IMG/VR virus record: IMGVR_UViG_3300034082_001517
Coordinates: 4,526 to 68,525 of that record
From: a virus
DNA: 64,000 nucleotides
Direction: 5' to 3' (one strand)
The position numbers were made by a program, and so were the translations under genes. This document shows, piece by piece, positions 12,901-20,639 of this stretch (its first letter is position 1; every line of letters starts with the position of its first letter). The notes below the pieces were generated by a model. It made no database searches, was not told where the DNA came from, and saw only the letters and a program-made list of their open reading frames with translations.

Positions 12901-15900
12901 GAGCATCTCTAACTTTTCTCGCTGCTTTTGCGGCTTTTGCAGCATCATATTTACTTACCCCAGATACATCAGCTACCCCTTGTAGCATCTGGCTACGAGA
13001 ATTTAACAACGAACTTTTTTGTGTTGCGCCCAATTTCTGACCAGATACAGAAGGAGTTAATCTATCCGTTAATAATTGATCAACTATAGGGAGATATGCA
13101 GGTTTTTTAATGCTTGGTGCGTTCCTTGCTGCATCACCAAATATCTTGTACTTGCCCCTATCAATTCTGCCTAGTGGTGTTGTAGATTTCTTTTCAAACT
13201 CCTTTGTAAGATTTTTAAAGAAGTCTGTTTTAGCTTTCTTGGTAAGTGCAATTTCTCTATCAACAGTTCTGATGAAATCATATTCTTCAGGTAATTGTTG
13301 ACCAGCCGCTGTAAAGAAATCAGTAATTTCCTTATAGGTGAGTATTACCTTAGCTCCTTGACCAGTCGCAACTTTTGCTGTCTTTGTAGCGACTTTAGCA
13401 GCCTTGCCAGCACCCTTCGCCGCATTTTCAACTGCTGCAGTTGCACCCGCAGAAGCTTCTGTTAGAGCGCCAACCGTTCCTTCTACTGCAGCGACTGTAT
13501 TTTTGGCAACAGTTTCTACTGCTTTCTTAACTTCAGCTGCAGCACTCTTAGGTGCTTTAACTTTAACTGTTGGTGTTTTTGGTGTTACTACCTTTGGTGT
13601 TTTTGGTACTACAGGTTCTGGCACCGTTACTACTGGTGTTTCCACAGGTACTACGGGTGGAGCACGAGGTGCCCGTGGTGTTCTAGTGCGAGCGGGTTTT
13701 GGAACTTCAGCAACTGCCTTATTAAATTCTTCAACAGAAGTACCGAGTGCTTCCAATTGAGCTTTAGCTTCAGCCGCAGCTCTTTCTACGGTTGCGACAA
13801 CTGGGGCTCCAATTGTTGCAGCCGAAGGGATAGGCAATCTTCCTGGAAACAAAGAACCTTGTGGATGCATGATGGTAGGTGGAGGAGGAATGTAATTCGG
13901 TACGGTTGGCAAAGGAAACATTCCACGAGGATTCGGTTTGTGTATGTATGATGAAGGCGTAATCGGTGCGCCCGTTGGTGTTGGGTAAAGCGGGGCTGGC
14001 GTAGTAATCGGTGCGCCTGTTGGCGTTGGGTAGAGCGGTGCTGGTGTTCCACCACTTGTTGGTGATTTTGGAGTGCGTGATCCAGGGGTCGTACCAGGAG
14101 TTGTACCAGGGGCTCCACCACCAAATTTATTACCCACAAATGTATTATTTTGAAAGACCGTTCCTTTTAATGTTTTAGCAATTGTTTTAGCAGTTTTATC
14201 TACAGCGTCAGCAGAAGCTTTTGCAATCTTCGCAGGAACATCATTCATATCTGTTACAAGAGATGCTATTAACTCTTGGGTGTTGGGTAAGCCAAGTTTA
14301 TCTGCACCACGCAATGTAGACTTAATAGATGCTAGGCTGTTAGGATCAGGCATCCCTCCTCGCTCTATCAATTCCCGAACTGGCTGATCAACCCCAGACA
14401 AATCAGGAGTCATTTTCCTACGACCTCGGAGTGTCGGACTGTATCCCGCCTTAGTTGGGTCTTGTGACAGCAGGGCTTGATCCCCATATTGGACCATTGA
14501 ATTAAAGCCCTTCGTCATTTTTGGATCAATTATGATATCCGCTATGTCCATTAACTGAGATTTAACACCCTTTAATGATGCAAACAATCCGTTGGTTGAC
14601 ATAAACATCCTGCCAAATCCTTTAATAGCTCCGCCAAATAAAGCTTTAAATGTATTTGATAATAGGCTAACCATTGGAATTATTAATGCAAGCCCCATAA
14701 AAGCACCAATAAACTTCCTAGTTGTTACACTCAGCCCTTTGAAAAAATCTTCTATTTTCTGAACAACAGGAAGGATTGCTTTGACGACCACATCTACTAT
14801 TGGAACAATTGCACGACCAAGACCCATGACTGATTCTCTTAATGTATCAAACCTCGTGGCGGCTGTATCAATTGACAATTGAAGTTCAATCTCCATTTGC
14901 TTACCAGCATATGCAGCTCCACCAACCGCTTCCATAAAGAATCCTTTTCCAGATTCCGTTCCAACTTTAGCGAGAAAGTCTTTAGTATCGCTGAAAAGAC
15001 TACCAAGACTATCCGTAGCTTCTTTTTGAGCATCTTGAATTACTACTGCTCTTTTAGAATAAACACCATTCACTTTCTCTACTGAATCTTTATTTAAATT
15101 TGTTAGATCTAATATTTTCTTTAAACTGACCTCTTCCATTCCATTAGCTTTTAATCTAAAATTAACTTTATCTTCTAATTCTTTAGCTATAGCATTTTCG
15201 GCACTCCCAGTTGTTTCAAGTGCTTTTTGAAATTGAGCAAACTGCCTAATAGAAGTTTCCATTCTTGGACCCTGCCTAACACCAAACAGTCTTGCAAATA
15301 ATTCCAAAGTTCCTTGCTCGCCTTTTATAGAGAGCAATGAATTAAAGCCATCAACTAATTTTTGAATATTTTCCATTCCAACACCCGCAGAGTATTCAAA
15401 CTCTTCACCTAATGCGCTATTTAGTTCTCTAACAATTCCAGTATTTTGTTTTGTCATGGCAACCATTCTTTGCAATGAAACCTTAATGGAGTTTGCAGAA
15501 GCACCAACTTGGAAACCAGCAGCGACCATTGGAGCCAACATGGCTGCCGTGGAGCTCATTGATAGTCCAAAAGAAGTGGCGGCGGCAGACATTTCAGGGA
15601 ACGCATCTGCAATATCTTTCAAGGAAAGCGTTGTTTTATTTTCCATTAAGTTAAATATCGCAAGCTGACCACGAAGCTGCTCAATGGTGTCGCTCATTTG
15701 CTCAACATTTGTTATGTCAAAAACGAATCCTTGTTGCTCCGCCGAGTCTCTTTTAACTCTCAAAATATTTTGATAAATAGATTGAATAAACTGTTGAGAT
15801 TGACCAATATCAAGATTACCAAGTTTTTCCAATTGAACTGTCAACAGTGCTAAATCAGTAATTGCATTTGTTGGAACACCCAATTCAGCAAAGTCACCAG

Positions 15901-16618
15901 CAAGGGCTTGAACTAAAATTCTTGAAGTACCAAATTTTCTAGTAATTTGATCTAGCGCTGGGTTAAGTCCATCAACAGCTTTTCTTGCCGCAATAATCGC
16001 CTCTTCTCCAGTTCCAAATCCGTCAGATATTAATTTTGTTAGACGAACTTGCTCTCTTTCTAATCTTGTATAACTAAAAAATGCAGTTCTGAATATACCA
16101 ATTAATGGCAAGGTAACATTTCTTGCCATCTGCATACCAACTCTTTGACTTTGAATACCAGACTGTTGTAGTCTTTTACCAAAGGACTCAATAGCATTTG
16201 ATTTCATCGTCTTATTTAAAGTACCAACGGATGAATTCATTGAATTGAGATGGCTGGCTGTTTGAGCATACGATGAACTTAACGAGGAAGTCATTTTACC
16301 GCTAGCAGTAACCTTCTTTTGCGCCGCATCTAGGGCAAGAAGTGATGCTGTATTCTGACGCACCATTGAATTAGATAGAGCCAGCTCTTTACGATATATA
16401 GCAATGGATGACCCCAAAACGCCAACACTAGATCTTGTTGCTTTTAAAACCGAATTTAACTGAGTCTGAACATTAGTATTTTGTATTGCACTTTGAGATA
16501 ATTGAAGTAGTTGCTGTGATAGACCGCCAACACCTGCCGCCAATGCAGAAACGGACTCAGCGCCAGTGACGCTTGCATCAATTCCTATTTTTGCCGTGAG
16601 ATCACCAGTGTCTGACAT
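3974..16618 (-). CDS. Tape measure protein (4214 aa)
   Basis: N-terminal TP901-type TMP-like region, hydrophobic segments, C-terminal aromatic-spaced repeats, C-terminal GGM...LHGGEYVIN motif; follows tail chaperones. Confidence 0.93.
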   Translation of the reverse strand: MSDTGDLTAKIGIDASVTGAESVSALAAGVGGLSQQLLQLSQSAIQNTNVQTQLNSVLKATRSSVGVLGSSIAIYRKELALSNSMVRQNTASLLALDAAQKKVTASGKMTSSLSSSYAQTASHLNSMNSSVGTLNKTMKSNAIESFGKRLQQSGIQSQRVGMQMARNVTLPLIGIFRTAFFSYTRLEREQVRLTKLISDGFGTGEEAIIAARKAVDGLNPALDQITRKFGTSRILVQALAGDFAELGVPTNAITDLALLTVQLEKLGNLDIGQSQQFIQSIYQNILRVKRDSAEQQGFVFDITNVEQMSDTIEQLRGQLAIFNLMENKTTLSLKDIADAFPEMSAAATSFGLSMSSTAAMLAPMVAAGFQVGASANSIKVSLQRMVAMTKQNTGIVRELNSALGEEFEYSAGVGMENIQKLVDGFNSLLSIKGEQGTLELFARLFGVRQGPRMETSIRQFAQFQKALETTGSAENAIAKELEDKVNFRLKANGMEEVSLKKILDLTNLNKDSVEKVNGVYSKRAVVIQDAQKEATDSLGSLFSDTKDFLAKVGTESGKGFFMEAVGGAAYAGKQMEIELQLSIDTAATRFDTLRESVMGLGRAIVPIVDVVVKAILPVVQKIEDFFKGLSVTTRKFIGAFMGLALIIPMVSLLSNTFKALFGGAIKGFGRMFMSTNGLFASLKGVKSQLMDIADIIIDPKMTKGFNSMVQYGDQALLSQDPTKAGYSPTLRGRRKMTPDLSGVDQPVRELIERGGMPDPNSLASIKSTLRGADKLGLPNTQELIASLVTDMNDVPAKIAKASADAVDKTAKTIAKTLKGTVFQNNTFVGNKFGGGAPGTTPGTTPGSRTPKSPTSGGTPAPLYPTPTGAPITTPAPLYPTPTGAPITPSSYIHKPNPRGMFPLPTVPNYIPPPPTIMHPQGSLFPGRLPIPSAATIGAPVVATVERAAAEAKAQLEALGTSVEEFNKAVAEVPKPARTRTPRAPRAPPVVPVETPVVTVPEPVVPKTPKVVTPKTPTVKVKAPKSAAAEVKKAVETVAKNTVAAVEGTVGALTEASAGATAAVENAAKGAGKAAKVATKTAKVATGQGAKVILTYKEITDFFTAAGQQLPEEYDFIRTVDREIALTKKAKTDFFKNLTKEFEKKSTTPLGRIDRGKYKIFGDAARNAPSIKKPAYLPIVDQLLTDRLTPSVSGQKLGATQKSSLLNSRSQMLQGVADVSGVSKYDAAKAAKAARKVRDAQTLANAISGNIADSAPGIVPPPGVEEVYTTRPKAEIAAIEKSLAEAKSNLKIVEKQGTDVARQLGGTYKKQISALQEELLLAKSAIHEKLVPASKATSQLLTTESNLMREEMAIQNLTSGRTASGSGIGPDNPIRYANEFSDRVGGMDRVVSQKGSPVVLPKDIRAKILHDLEIEKLTQKILDSTDENIIRDLKSRLSETADDILDADVNLSGSDGNRKATAAELKKVKKETARRMAERKGVDLTKYLPTSDEFDPAAEAAILKNKKVVGGLTEFYKGIENGGDELVAELADMKKDVSPAKISAREKLAKAFARQREVLSPSGPGGRTVQPIRKIISGGMGDLPTGAGVGKGAAQAVKSGLVKISTLVDKSIDDLVDQLPIAKFSKVEKDIIRQVAKATVAAKPPKGTGNVLKSGFNLLNTQVDEATAKTIKAGLDRQVQDILHTIAKTPEIHSGGKSGYVAAAKAKLGMLFKGTNGSVAKILKNTTDLISSSNNILIDAVGSGTFALAGVKGQIKGEPIKSMTSLTGGGVSARIKALAEEVQQRRFNNARKAVKSSESERTGQPNTRKTARDAAATASRNQNDEILNRVLGEKPETPPSTTPAVTKNIVATEANTVAQAENTGATQAATTAEVKDKTVTTASSTATEVKTAATNASAATIVMSKRGEELMQKANALLAGAKFKNVAAIDALISSYTAEQLATKSGTSLVKARDGVRSSLNTLEKAKAELLKREAATIKNGLGAQNSALVEAKKKLEIATKNASKRLTDLAKASTVMTDSLKAASIPVTTKPAKVAPAAAAAAAPFYPTPTGAPIPKAPSASRKVNVGSLPAGMKIAPTDSGVIKKLGELAVSFDKSLANFFKGPNFFQGPNIFQGKIISADKLKINITDKARDSARLASARSGLAPYTDPLVMRASRRKTLGVVRKKILDDGGAIDDVRAAKLRRITGIDPRRTVGATSAVPMTRPVFGPALPTPPAAAIPKVTAFSGIKSKIDDVTKGVAKLGSMFSNVLPKAMHVTATAAVKSFNAVGRAVASSYAVNAVRAMTGGLKVVGSTADMLADGFRKSAGAVRVFNAINNATITTIKSMGAAGLVTKTITGDMAWAFGKLGKILGSTVNVEMKAFLISLQRSKLTKAWTFMLTAGMMTFVKSLRVGIAHLNIFANTGARLASAKAAIGGLTAGTSLLRKSLVGLNAFTGLSAGIQAAFSGILKSVLSVVAIVIKLNAALFLIAPVVLLITAIFIQLKRGTTNNSAALKLFKEGIVLVKGAILALANPILDIINAFGGFTGATNQTQKTAGALYIMARAFKSVSQAFNNFAQGAGQRFVKNTLGPVIIRLVNRFILLGRAIRGAMRQDGSAGKNMSAFFQSLLYEGLNVMAKLFDGLSKLLPHMGGIIGTVIGAVAKASIKMLNLIGKFGMEVGLFFGSIITGIGIALIPFFGMGAAIATAGAALVGLSLAGFAASKALTKSDAEIDKWASGVGKSVANGMGSAASGMAGFIRKGMDSIDKSYAKKIGQGINKALASTAGDPDGLKTAIQESLKKNADVAKSGGEALGAAAAKGMMKKMQDIKKTFTDGFFGKADAAVDKYVDSLKRGLEDQRDKALEAFDNQADAIQELADAEERLTDKIEYEEKKRLLIKTRALDQENYLRERKVAVYEGRTEDVRSLDLASQKSKSESVKEEKDLDLSRLKTLQGEQRDKALAVIAREKDLLAKEYEKMFRDFDDQIEKIKTVGFSTEDEFKTLLSRLGGASQTFSDAITSTFSTSMLALPTAIRDNTDSSIGMFTVSMDALVAEAQSKFGAANGTANSTSILGAAYMLATGLPDAFKTAFNDGIIAQFVTPWSSAVTADISGIIPANLWVEAAGLALIEMVNSLKRELVGLKGTLWNDFKKIFEATSEADFASIFGPALAGLEDVKKYMTGLFDEIKQIASDINLIEVSREQQSGGGGDEAKKPAGGALPGEASYVPSAYDRFEIRRGRGLADRNKITPPVSDSGTEKSGGGFFGGIKDAAIGLADQLGAVKTAILGAVGAIAGFFVLQAVFGFISTVMGVIAGALLTVSIGAAAIVAAVGIVIGLFIYLYIKVKGFRDFVNGAFIAAWEALGTVIGFVWDGIKTGVSNSLDAVKNFVQNALDFMKDVWGAIGGIVEDTFKKIISFFVDGFNALKDNIGGFVDSFINLFKGFWGAIGDGIKTIADPIMELLGKIGIAIGIAIGAIVAFAGGIVVVIVNIFDKIKGPLFSVTGFIIDIFSKIFDIATPIVEIGIGAIAKLIALPFEILNTVIDIAVGAIKIAIDIIVGVFNVLFDVFKAIASNPIVVFFARLAALLGLVAAIAATWTIKIVLESTWYVIKKVVGALIDLAEFIVGGLVGAFNIIKDVAVAAWDFIYDKVKGFVDWWHENIGSLWLIFTAPVVIAYEAIMWLFDTVKNNLGPILSSVWDGFKSAIDVVWEVMKKVSSWIGTAFGAAWGVLKKAASLYWDYLSFVIPLLWDTLKKVASWIGAAFSKVWDVISYVATNAFQILGDAISIFWGIITSGYDFIKPVFDWIADTVGNVIKTYVEILQIAFSLLWNGIMAGYDFIKPVFDWIMDIVGNIISTQVEGLKKIFGFLWDGIKAGWDLVGPIFGLMADIIGKVIKQAIDDVKFVWDLLWQGIQISWTFLEPIFNFIKDAITGGIGLAIDLIKAGWDLFVAALTNTKDFIMGVIGSIGGFIKEKIQVVIENLIGVWNGLKTAFSTVWGVIEPIISKIGGAIKSVIGGAIDFISSAISAIPQAFKIVVNSIGGLFNRAVDLLGNFAFPKTILGIPLPFIGGKKVSDFIPLPKIPTLYSGGKVGMYMKGGMAYGTGGMTNGPVQQGIPAILHGGEYVINHKAVQRIGTDTLERLNNYKLSKPNLPSMPSVPRINMPGAGINAPQYAQSGTASSSTQNVNIFVENFIGEPEWFNGMMKDYNTKVLPRNQKAAGVQSRVVSTYNGINKGL
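13959..14045. repeat. 45-bp tandem repeat (x2) encoding PAPLYPTPTGAPIT in TMP; third diverged copy near 10459-10495
   Basis: gtaatcggtgcgcc starts at 13959 and 14004. Confidence 0.85.
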
Positions 16619-16739
16619 AATTCATCCAATTATAAGTATCGCATATTAGGACAATTAAAGCAACGAATAATGATTCATTTTTTTTTATTTTAACTGTTGT
16701 CAATTAATTATACATAGACTATGCGTAAAAAATATCACT

Positions 16740-17089
16740 TTATGATTCATTAGTTTCTACGGGCGTAACTTTAACTTGCTCATAACCCATACCGAAACTC
16801 ATCTGTTGAATTTCATGAACAGGAGTTGCAACAAGAGGAGCTGGGTCGTACCAGTCATCATCAAAATCTACTTCCGCACCCTGAGCAGCAGCAGCTATCT
16901 TCATAGCTACGCTTGTTTCAAACATTGCAGCTCTATACAATAGAAATAATTCATTTAATGTCAAACTGGATTCAAGCTCAGAGAAGTTTATCCATGCGCC
17001 AGTTCTAACAAAAACTTCAGATTCGTATTTTAGAAGAGGGAGATCTTCCCATGATTGGTCAGATGAACCAGCCCCCTCTTCGCCTAGAA
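16740..17089 (-). CDS. Tail assembly chaperone, frameshift extension (GT-like C-terminal part)
   Basis: The -1 frame is open from the end of the upstream chaperone (LLGEEGAGSSDQSWEDLPLLKYESEVFVRTGAWINFSELESSLTLNELFLLYRAAM...) to the stop at 16740. Confidence 0.75.
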
Positions 17090-17389
17090 GGAAGGGTCTG
17101 ATCCCATTGCTGCTGCCATCAGTTCACCGAATGAACGAAGGTCAAGCACATCTTCAAGTTTTTCTTTATTATTACCCAATTCAGGGTCAACTGCTGCCAA
17201 AGCAATTCCTGCGGCTTCAACCATGATGTCAATATCTTCATCATTCAAGGTATCTTCGCTCTTCAGGTCTTTAACAACTTTCATAAACTTTCTAAGATTA
17301 CGAATAGTCAAAGGCTTAATTGTTCTTGTCTTACCATCAGCAAACATAATTTCTGTGCCTGCTGTAATATCTTTATTTTTATCGCTCAA
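17084..17389 (-). CDS. Tail assembly chaperone (G-like)
   Basis: 101 aa between major tail and TMP; IKPLTIR motif; ends GAC CCT TCC TTC TAG. Confidence 0.85.
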   Translation of the reverse strand: MSDKNKDITAGTEIMFADGKTRTIKPLTIRNLRKFMKVVKDLKSEDTLNDEDIDIMVEAAGIALAAVDPELGNNKEKLEDVLDLRSFGELMAAAMGSDPSF

Positions 17390-17426
17390 AATATTCCATC
17401 CTTGTGTCTAGTTCCAAAGGGTTTCG

Positions 17427-17466
17427 CCCCTCAAACATTAAGTTTATCACAAAATGTAGAGGGGCG
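17427..17466. terminator. Stem-loop downstream of major tail gene, enclosing a -10-like TGATAAACT (minus strand)
   Basis: cgcccctc-aaacatt ... aatgt-a-gaggggcg inverted repeat. Confidence 0.5.
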
Positions 17467-17498
17467 TTGCCTTTAAATAAATTATTTTTCTGTATTAA

Positions 17499-18080
17499 TT
17501 ATGCGGTTTGATCAACGATCTTGCCGTACTCATAACCAGTATCTGCTACTGTTGGCAAAATTCTAAAGCCAACTGTAAACATTGTTGCTTCTGCACGCTT
17601 CATGCTGATTGAGGATGATTCCATTGAAATCGCACGCTTTGTGTAGAATGAACGGGTAAGAGTTGAACCTGCTGTTGAGCCAGGTGCTGTACCTGTCACA
17701 ACCAAGCCCTTCTCGTATGGGATTACTCCCTGTGCACCGAACAAGAATGTCTTTGTGTTTGCGCCATCATTGTTAGCAATGATGTCATCTCCACCAGTGG
17801 TGTTATCGTAGTTCCAAGCAAGTGCGAGGTTATTAAGTGTACCCTCCGCAAGTGTTGTCTTAACCATAACTTTAACCTTTGATTGAATTACTTTAGCTGC
17901 ATCGCCAAATTGATCAATCTCAATGTCAACCATGTCTGGTTCCCACGAAATTTCCAAACCGTTTTGTGTTGCACCAATGTCAGCAAAGTTGTTCATTGCT
18001 GCGATGGTTGTTGCGTTAGCGTTGGTACCCAATTTAAGGGTTGCCTCGCCAACAATAATGTTAGAAACATTAACTGCCAT
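17499..18080 (-). CDS. Major tail (tube) protein
   Basis: 193 aa; NIIVGEA...IGATQNGLEISWEP...EIDQ motifs typical of siphovirus tube proteins; AGGAGG RBS. Confidence 0.88.
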   Translation of the reverse strand: MAVNVSNIIVGEATLKLGTNANATTIAAMNNFADIGATQNGLEISWEPDMVDIEIDQFGDAAKVIQSKVKVMVKTTLAEGTLNNLALAWNYDNTTGGDDIIANNDGANTKTFLFGAQGVIPYEKGLVVTGTAPGSTAGSTLTRSFYTKRAISMESSSISMKRAEATMFTVGFRILPTVADTGYEYGKIVDQTA

Positions 18081-18091
18081 ATTACTTCCTC

Positions 18092-18289
18092 CTATTTATC
18101 CAGGCGGAATATCTTCCTGCCCTTCTTGTCTCGCCATTTGGCGATCCTATCTATATCTTTAGTACGGATCTCGCCTTGACGATTTCCAATACCCAGACCT
18201 TTATTCCATTCAAACTCGTAAACAGTGTCACGAAGCTTGACTACATAACCAGAACTTTTACCAATGTATGTTATTGTACTATACTCCAT
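18092..18289 (-). CDS. Small hypothetical protein
   Basis: 65 aa, preceded by TGG-TAAAAT 8 nt upstream of ATG. Confidence 0.65.
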   Translation of the reverse strand: MEYSTITYIGKSSGYVVKLRDTVYEFEWNKGLGIGNRQGEIRTKDIDRIAKWRDKKGRKIFRLDK

Positions 18290-18313
18290 ATCTTATTATT
18301 TTACCACACTTCA

Positions 18314-18724
18314 CTAAACATTGTAGATTTTAAAGTCTAAATTCATTCTATACCAGCCTTCTTTTTCCAAAGGAGCGGATAGATTAGCCCCTGTTTGGTA
18401 TGAAGACAATATCCTGGAGTTTGACCCAGTAATCCCACCAGCTTTAGCGACTTGATCACCTTTGCTTAAAATATACAAAAACCTTTCAGCAAGCTGGAAT
18501 AGCCTATCAGCATTTGTATCAAAAATACAATAACGAATGTTATCTTTCCGTACCCAATGCGCCTCAACAGATGGGACCATTGGCTGGTAATAGTAAATAA
18601 CAAAAGGGGCAGTTTCTCCATTGGTAGCAACCACTGGGAAGAAGTTCATAGTTTTACCAGCAATGTTTGCCAAAGTTGCATCGGCAATTAATGCTGTGTT
18701 GATGTCATAGACACTAAGCGCCAT
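18314..18724 (-). CDS. Tail terminator-like protein
   Basis: 136 aa, APFVIY motif, position before major tail. Confidence 0.7.
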   Translation of the reverse strand: MALSVYDINTALIADATLANIAGKTMNFFPVVATNGETAPFVIYYYQPMVPSVEAHWVRKDNIRYCIFDTNADRLFQLAERFLYILSKGDQVAKAGGITGSNSRILSSYQTGANLSAPLEKEGWYRMNLDFKIYNV

Positions 18725-19052
18725 ATGTAACCCCCATATTTCTAGATACTGCAGTTTTTATATTCTCTAGAACATTGGATGACATTGACTCAACCATGAC
18801 AGAGAACTGCTCTCCCGTGGAGTTTTCAAAATGATACATCTCTCCAACATTAAATATGACATCAATGCTTTCTCCACTACGGATGGATGGCTCTACATTT
18901 TCAAAAATATCCCCATATTGATCAACAACATCACTCATAATGGTAGATTCACTTGCCATAATCCCCTCTGCAACTCCTGACTCAATGTCCATAGGAATTC
19001 TTTCCAACCTAGCAAGTAATAACGATACTTGATCACTTACATTTACTTTCAT
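18714..19052 (-). CDS. Putative neck/tail-completion protein
   Basis: 112 aa in head-tail connector block; synteny only. Confidence 0.55.
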   Translation of the reverse strand: MKVNVSDQVSLLLARLERIPMDIESGVAEGIMASESTIMSDVVDQYGDIFENVEPSIRSGESIDVIFNVGEMYHFENSTGEQFSVMVESMSSNVLENIKTAVSRNMGVTYGA

Positions 19053-19441
19053 TATTCTCCCTCCACAACTCTTCTTAGAGAAACTTTAACAGAATGTTTT
19101 CTGCCCGAAAAAGAAAAATTAGGCTGGATTCCAATAATTTCAAAAGTATCACTATCTATTAAGTTTGAATAACGATCAACAATATTTTTAACTCTATTGC
19201 TGTATGTAATGTATTCTGCATATTTAGCAGGGACAATTAATTCATACTTCGGTAAGTTGTCTTGATATGGAGCAACCCTTCTTTCACTGGTGTTATTCGC
19301 TTCAAGTGGCGCTTGGAATTGTCCAGGAATTGTTGCAAGCATTGTGAATGCGGCAACTTTCTGCCCAGCGGCGCTAGTTGTTATTGTCTTTTGATAGACA
19401 TCACATTTATGAGTGAATCTTAAATAAGAACCATTTGACAT
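19052..19441 (-). CDS. Head closure / stopper protein (SPP1 gp16-like)
   Basis: 129 aa beta-rich, after adaptor. Confidence 0.65.
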   Translation of the reverse strand: MSNGSYLRFTHKCDVYQKTITTSAAGQKVAAFTMLATIPGQFQAPLEANNTSERRVAPYQDNLPKYELIVPAKYAEYITYSNRVKNIVDRYSNLIDSDTFEIIGIQPNFSFSGRKHSVKVSLRRVVEGE

Positions 19442-20367
19442 TAGACCACATAATCCATAATAAACAATGTGTAGTCCATCAACAAAACATCTGCATCAAT
19501 ATTTCCAGTTGATTCATAGAAGTTATCACTTGTTTGAATTTTTAAAATATCCATATCTGCGGAGTGGATGCCATGCCTTCTGTATTCAGAATCATTATTC
19601 ATCATGTCTTCAAGCAACAAATCCGCTGCCTGCTCAATATTATTAGGAACAAATTGCCAGCCGAAGCTGCCCTCAATCTTGTAAGAATCAGCAGCGTTAA
19701 ATTTGTTTGTCGTAATGACTGTTTGAACGCTATCCAGCATTGATCGCTTAAACTGAATATAGTATGTACTTCCAAAGCTGTGCGGTTCCTTTGCTTTCTC
19801 TATAGCGGTGTAGGATGCATCTGAAGAATCATACAGGATGGCTTCATCGCTCATCCCCAGATTTAAAGTAACCTTCGTTAAATCTACAATTGGGTAAGGC
19901 AAATGTAAGGTTTTCTTATTTGTTCCAGGAATTTCAATATACTTTGTCGGATAATAGTCAAATTGTTGACCGCAAAATGTGTTAATGATATTTCTTACTT
20001 TCTTTTCCATTTTATCAAACTTGTCATACCAGTCATCTTCCAGTTCGGGATGATCCTCAAAGAAGTCATCAGCCGTGATATAAGGGGTGTAGACATTTAT
20101 ATATTGCGATTTTGTATAGGAAGTGCCAGAGACAGTATATGTAAAATCAGCACGATGCCTACCCGCTGAGTTCAGAACATAATGACCAGATGCCAACTGT
20201 CCATAAGTGATTGTGTAAACACCTGCCGAAGATCTAGTCGCTGCAGTTGGTCCGCTTACAAGCGAACCGAACTCATGGTACAAACTTACAGAGACCGCAT
20301 TTGAAGTTGGGTCAGAAGGAAGGGTTAAAGTAAGTGTCTTACTTGTATCTAATTTTACATCATCCAT
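19441..20367 (-). CDS. Head-to-tail adaptor with N-terminal Ig-like domain
   Basis: IINTFCGQQF...GSFGWQFVPNNIEQAADLL...TGNIDADVLL adaptor motifs; start taken at ATG 20365-67, 8 nt after TGA-TATAAT (track start 20376). Confidence 0.75.
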   Translation of the reverse strand: MDDVKLDTSKTLTLTLPSDPTSNAVSVSLYHEFGSLVSGPTAATRSSAGVYTITYGQLASGHYVLNSAGRHRADFTYTVSGTSYTKSQYINVYTPYITADDFFEDHPELEDDWYDKFDKMEKKVRNIINTFCGQQFDYYPTKYIEIPGTNKKTLHLPYPIVDLTKVTLNLGMSDEAILYDSSDASYTAIEKAKEPHSFGSTYYIQFKRSMLDSVQTVITTNKFNAADSYKIEGSFGWQFVPNNIEQAADLLLEDMMNNDSEYRRHGIHSADMDILKIQTSDNFYESTGNIDADVLLMDYTLFIMDYVV

Positions 20368-20402
20368 AATACTCAATTATATCAGAGAAGGTATTCTAAG
20401 CC

Positions 20403-20624
20403 TTAGAATGTCTGCATTGCTACAGACACCTCAATATCACTGACTAATGTATTTAAATTAGACATATCAATTGCCCCGCTGATGTCAAAGGACACAATGG
20501 TGTTGCTTAAGTCTTTATAAAACAAAACACCATCAGCATAATTAATAGCAATTTCACCATATTCCAAAGTAGCTGGAGCCTGCGATGTCGTGCCTGAATT
20601 CTTTATTTTTATGACATTAGCCAT
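20403..20624 (-). CDS. Small fibre-associated protein (Mtd-N-like domain)
   Basis: IKIKNS...APATLEYGEIAINYADGVLFYK, similar to the N-terminus of the neighbouring fibre. Confidence 0.65.
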   Translation of the reverse strand: MANVIKIKNSGTTSQAPATLEYGEIAINYADGVLFYKDLSNTIVSFDISGAIDMSNLNTLVSDIEVSVAMQTF

Positions 20625-20639
20625 TTATGACTCCTATAC

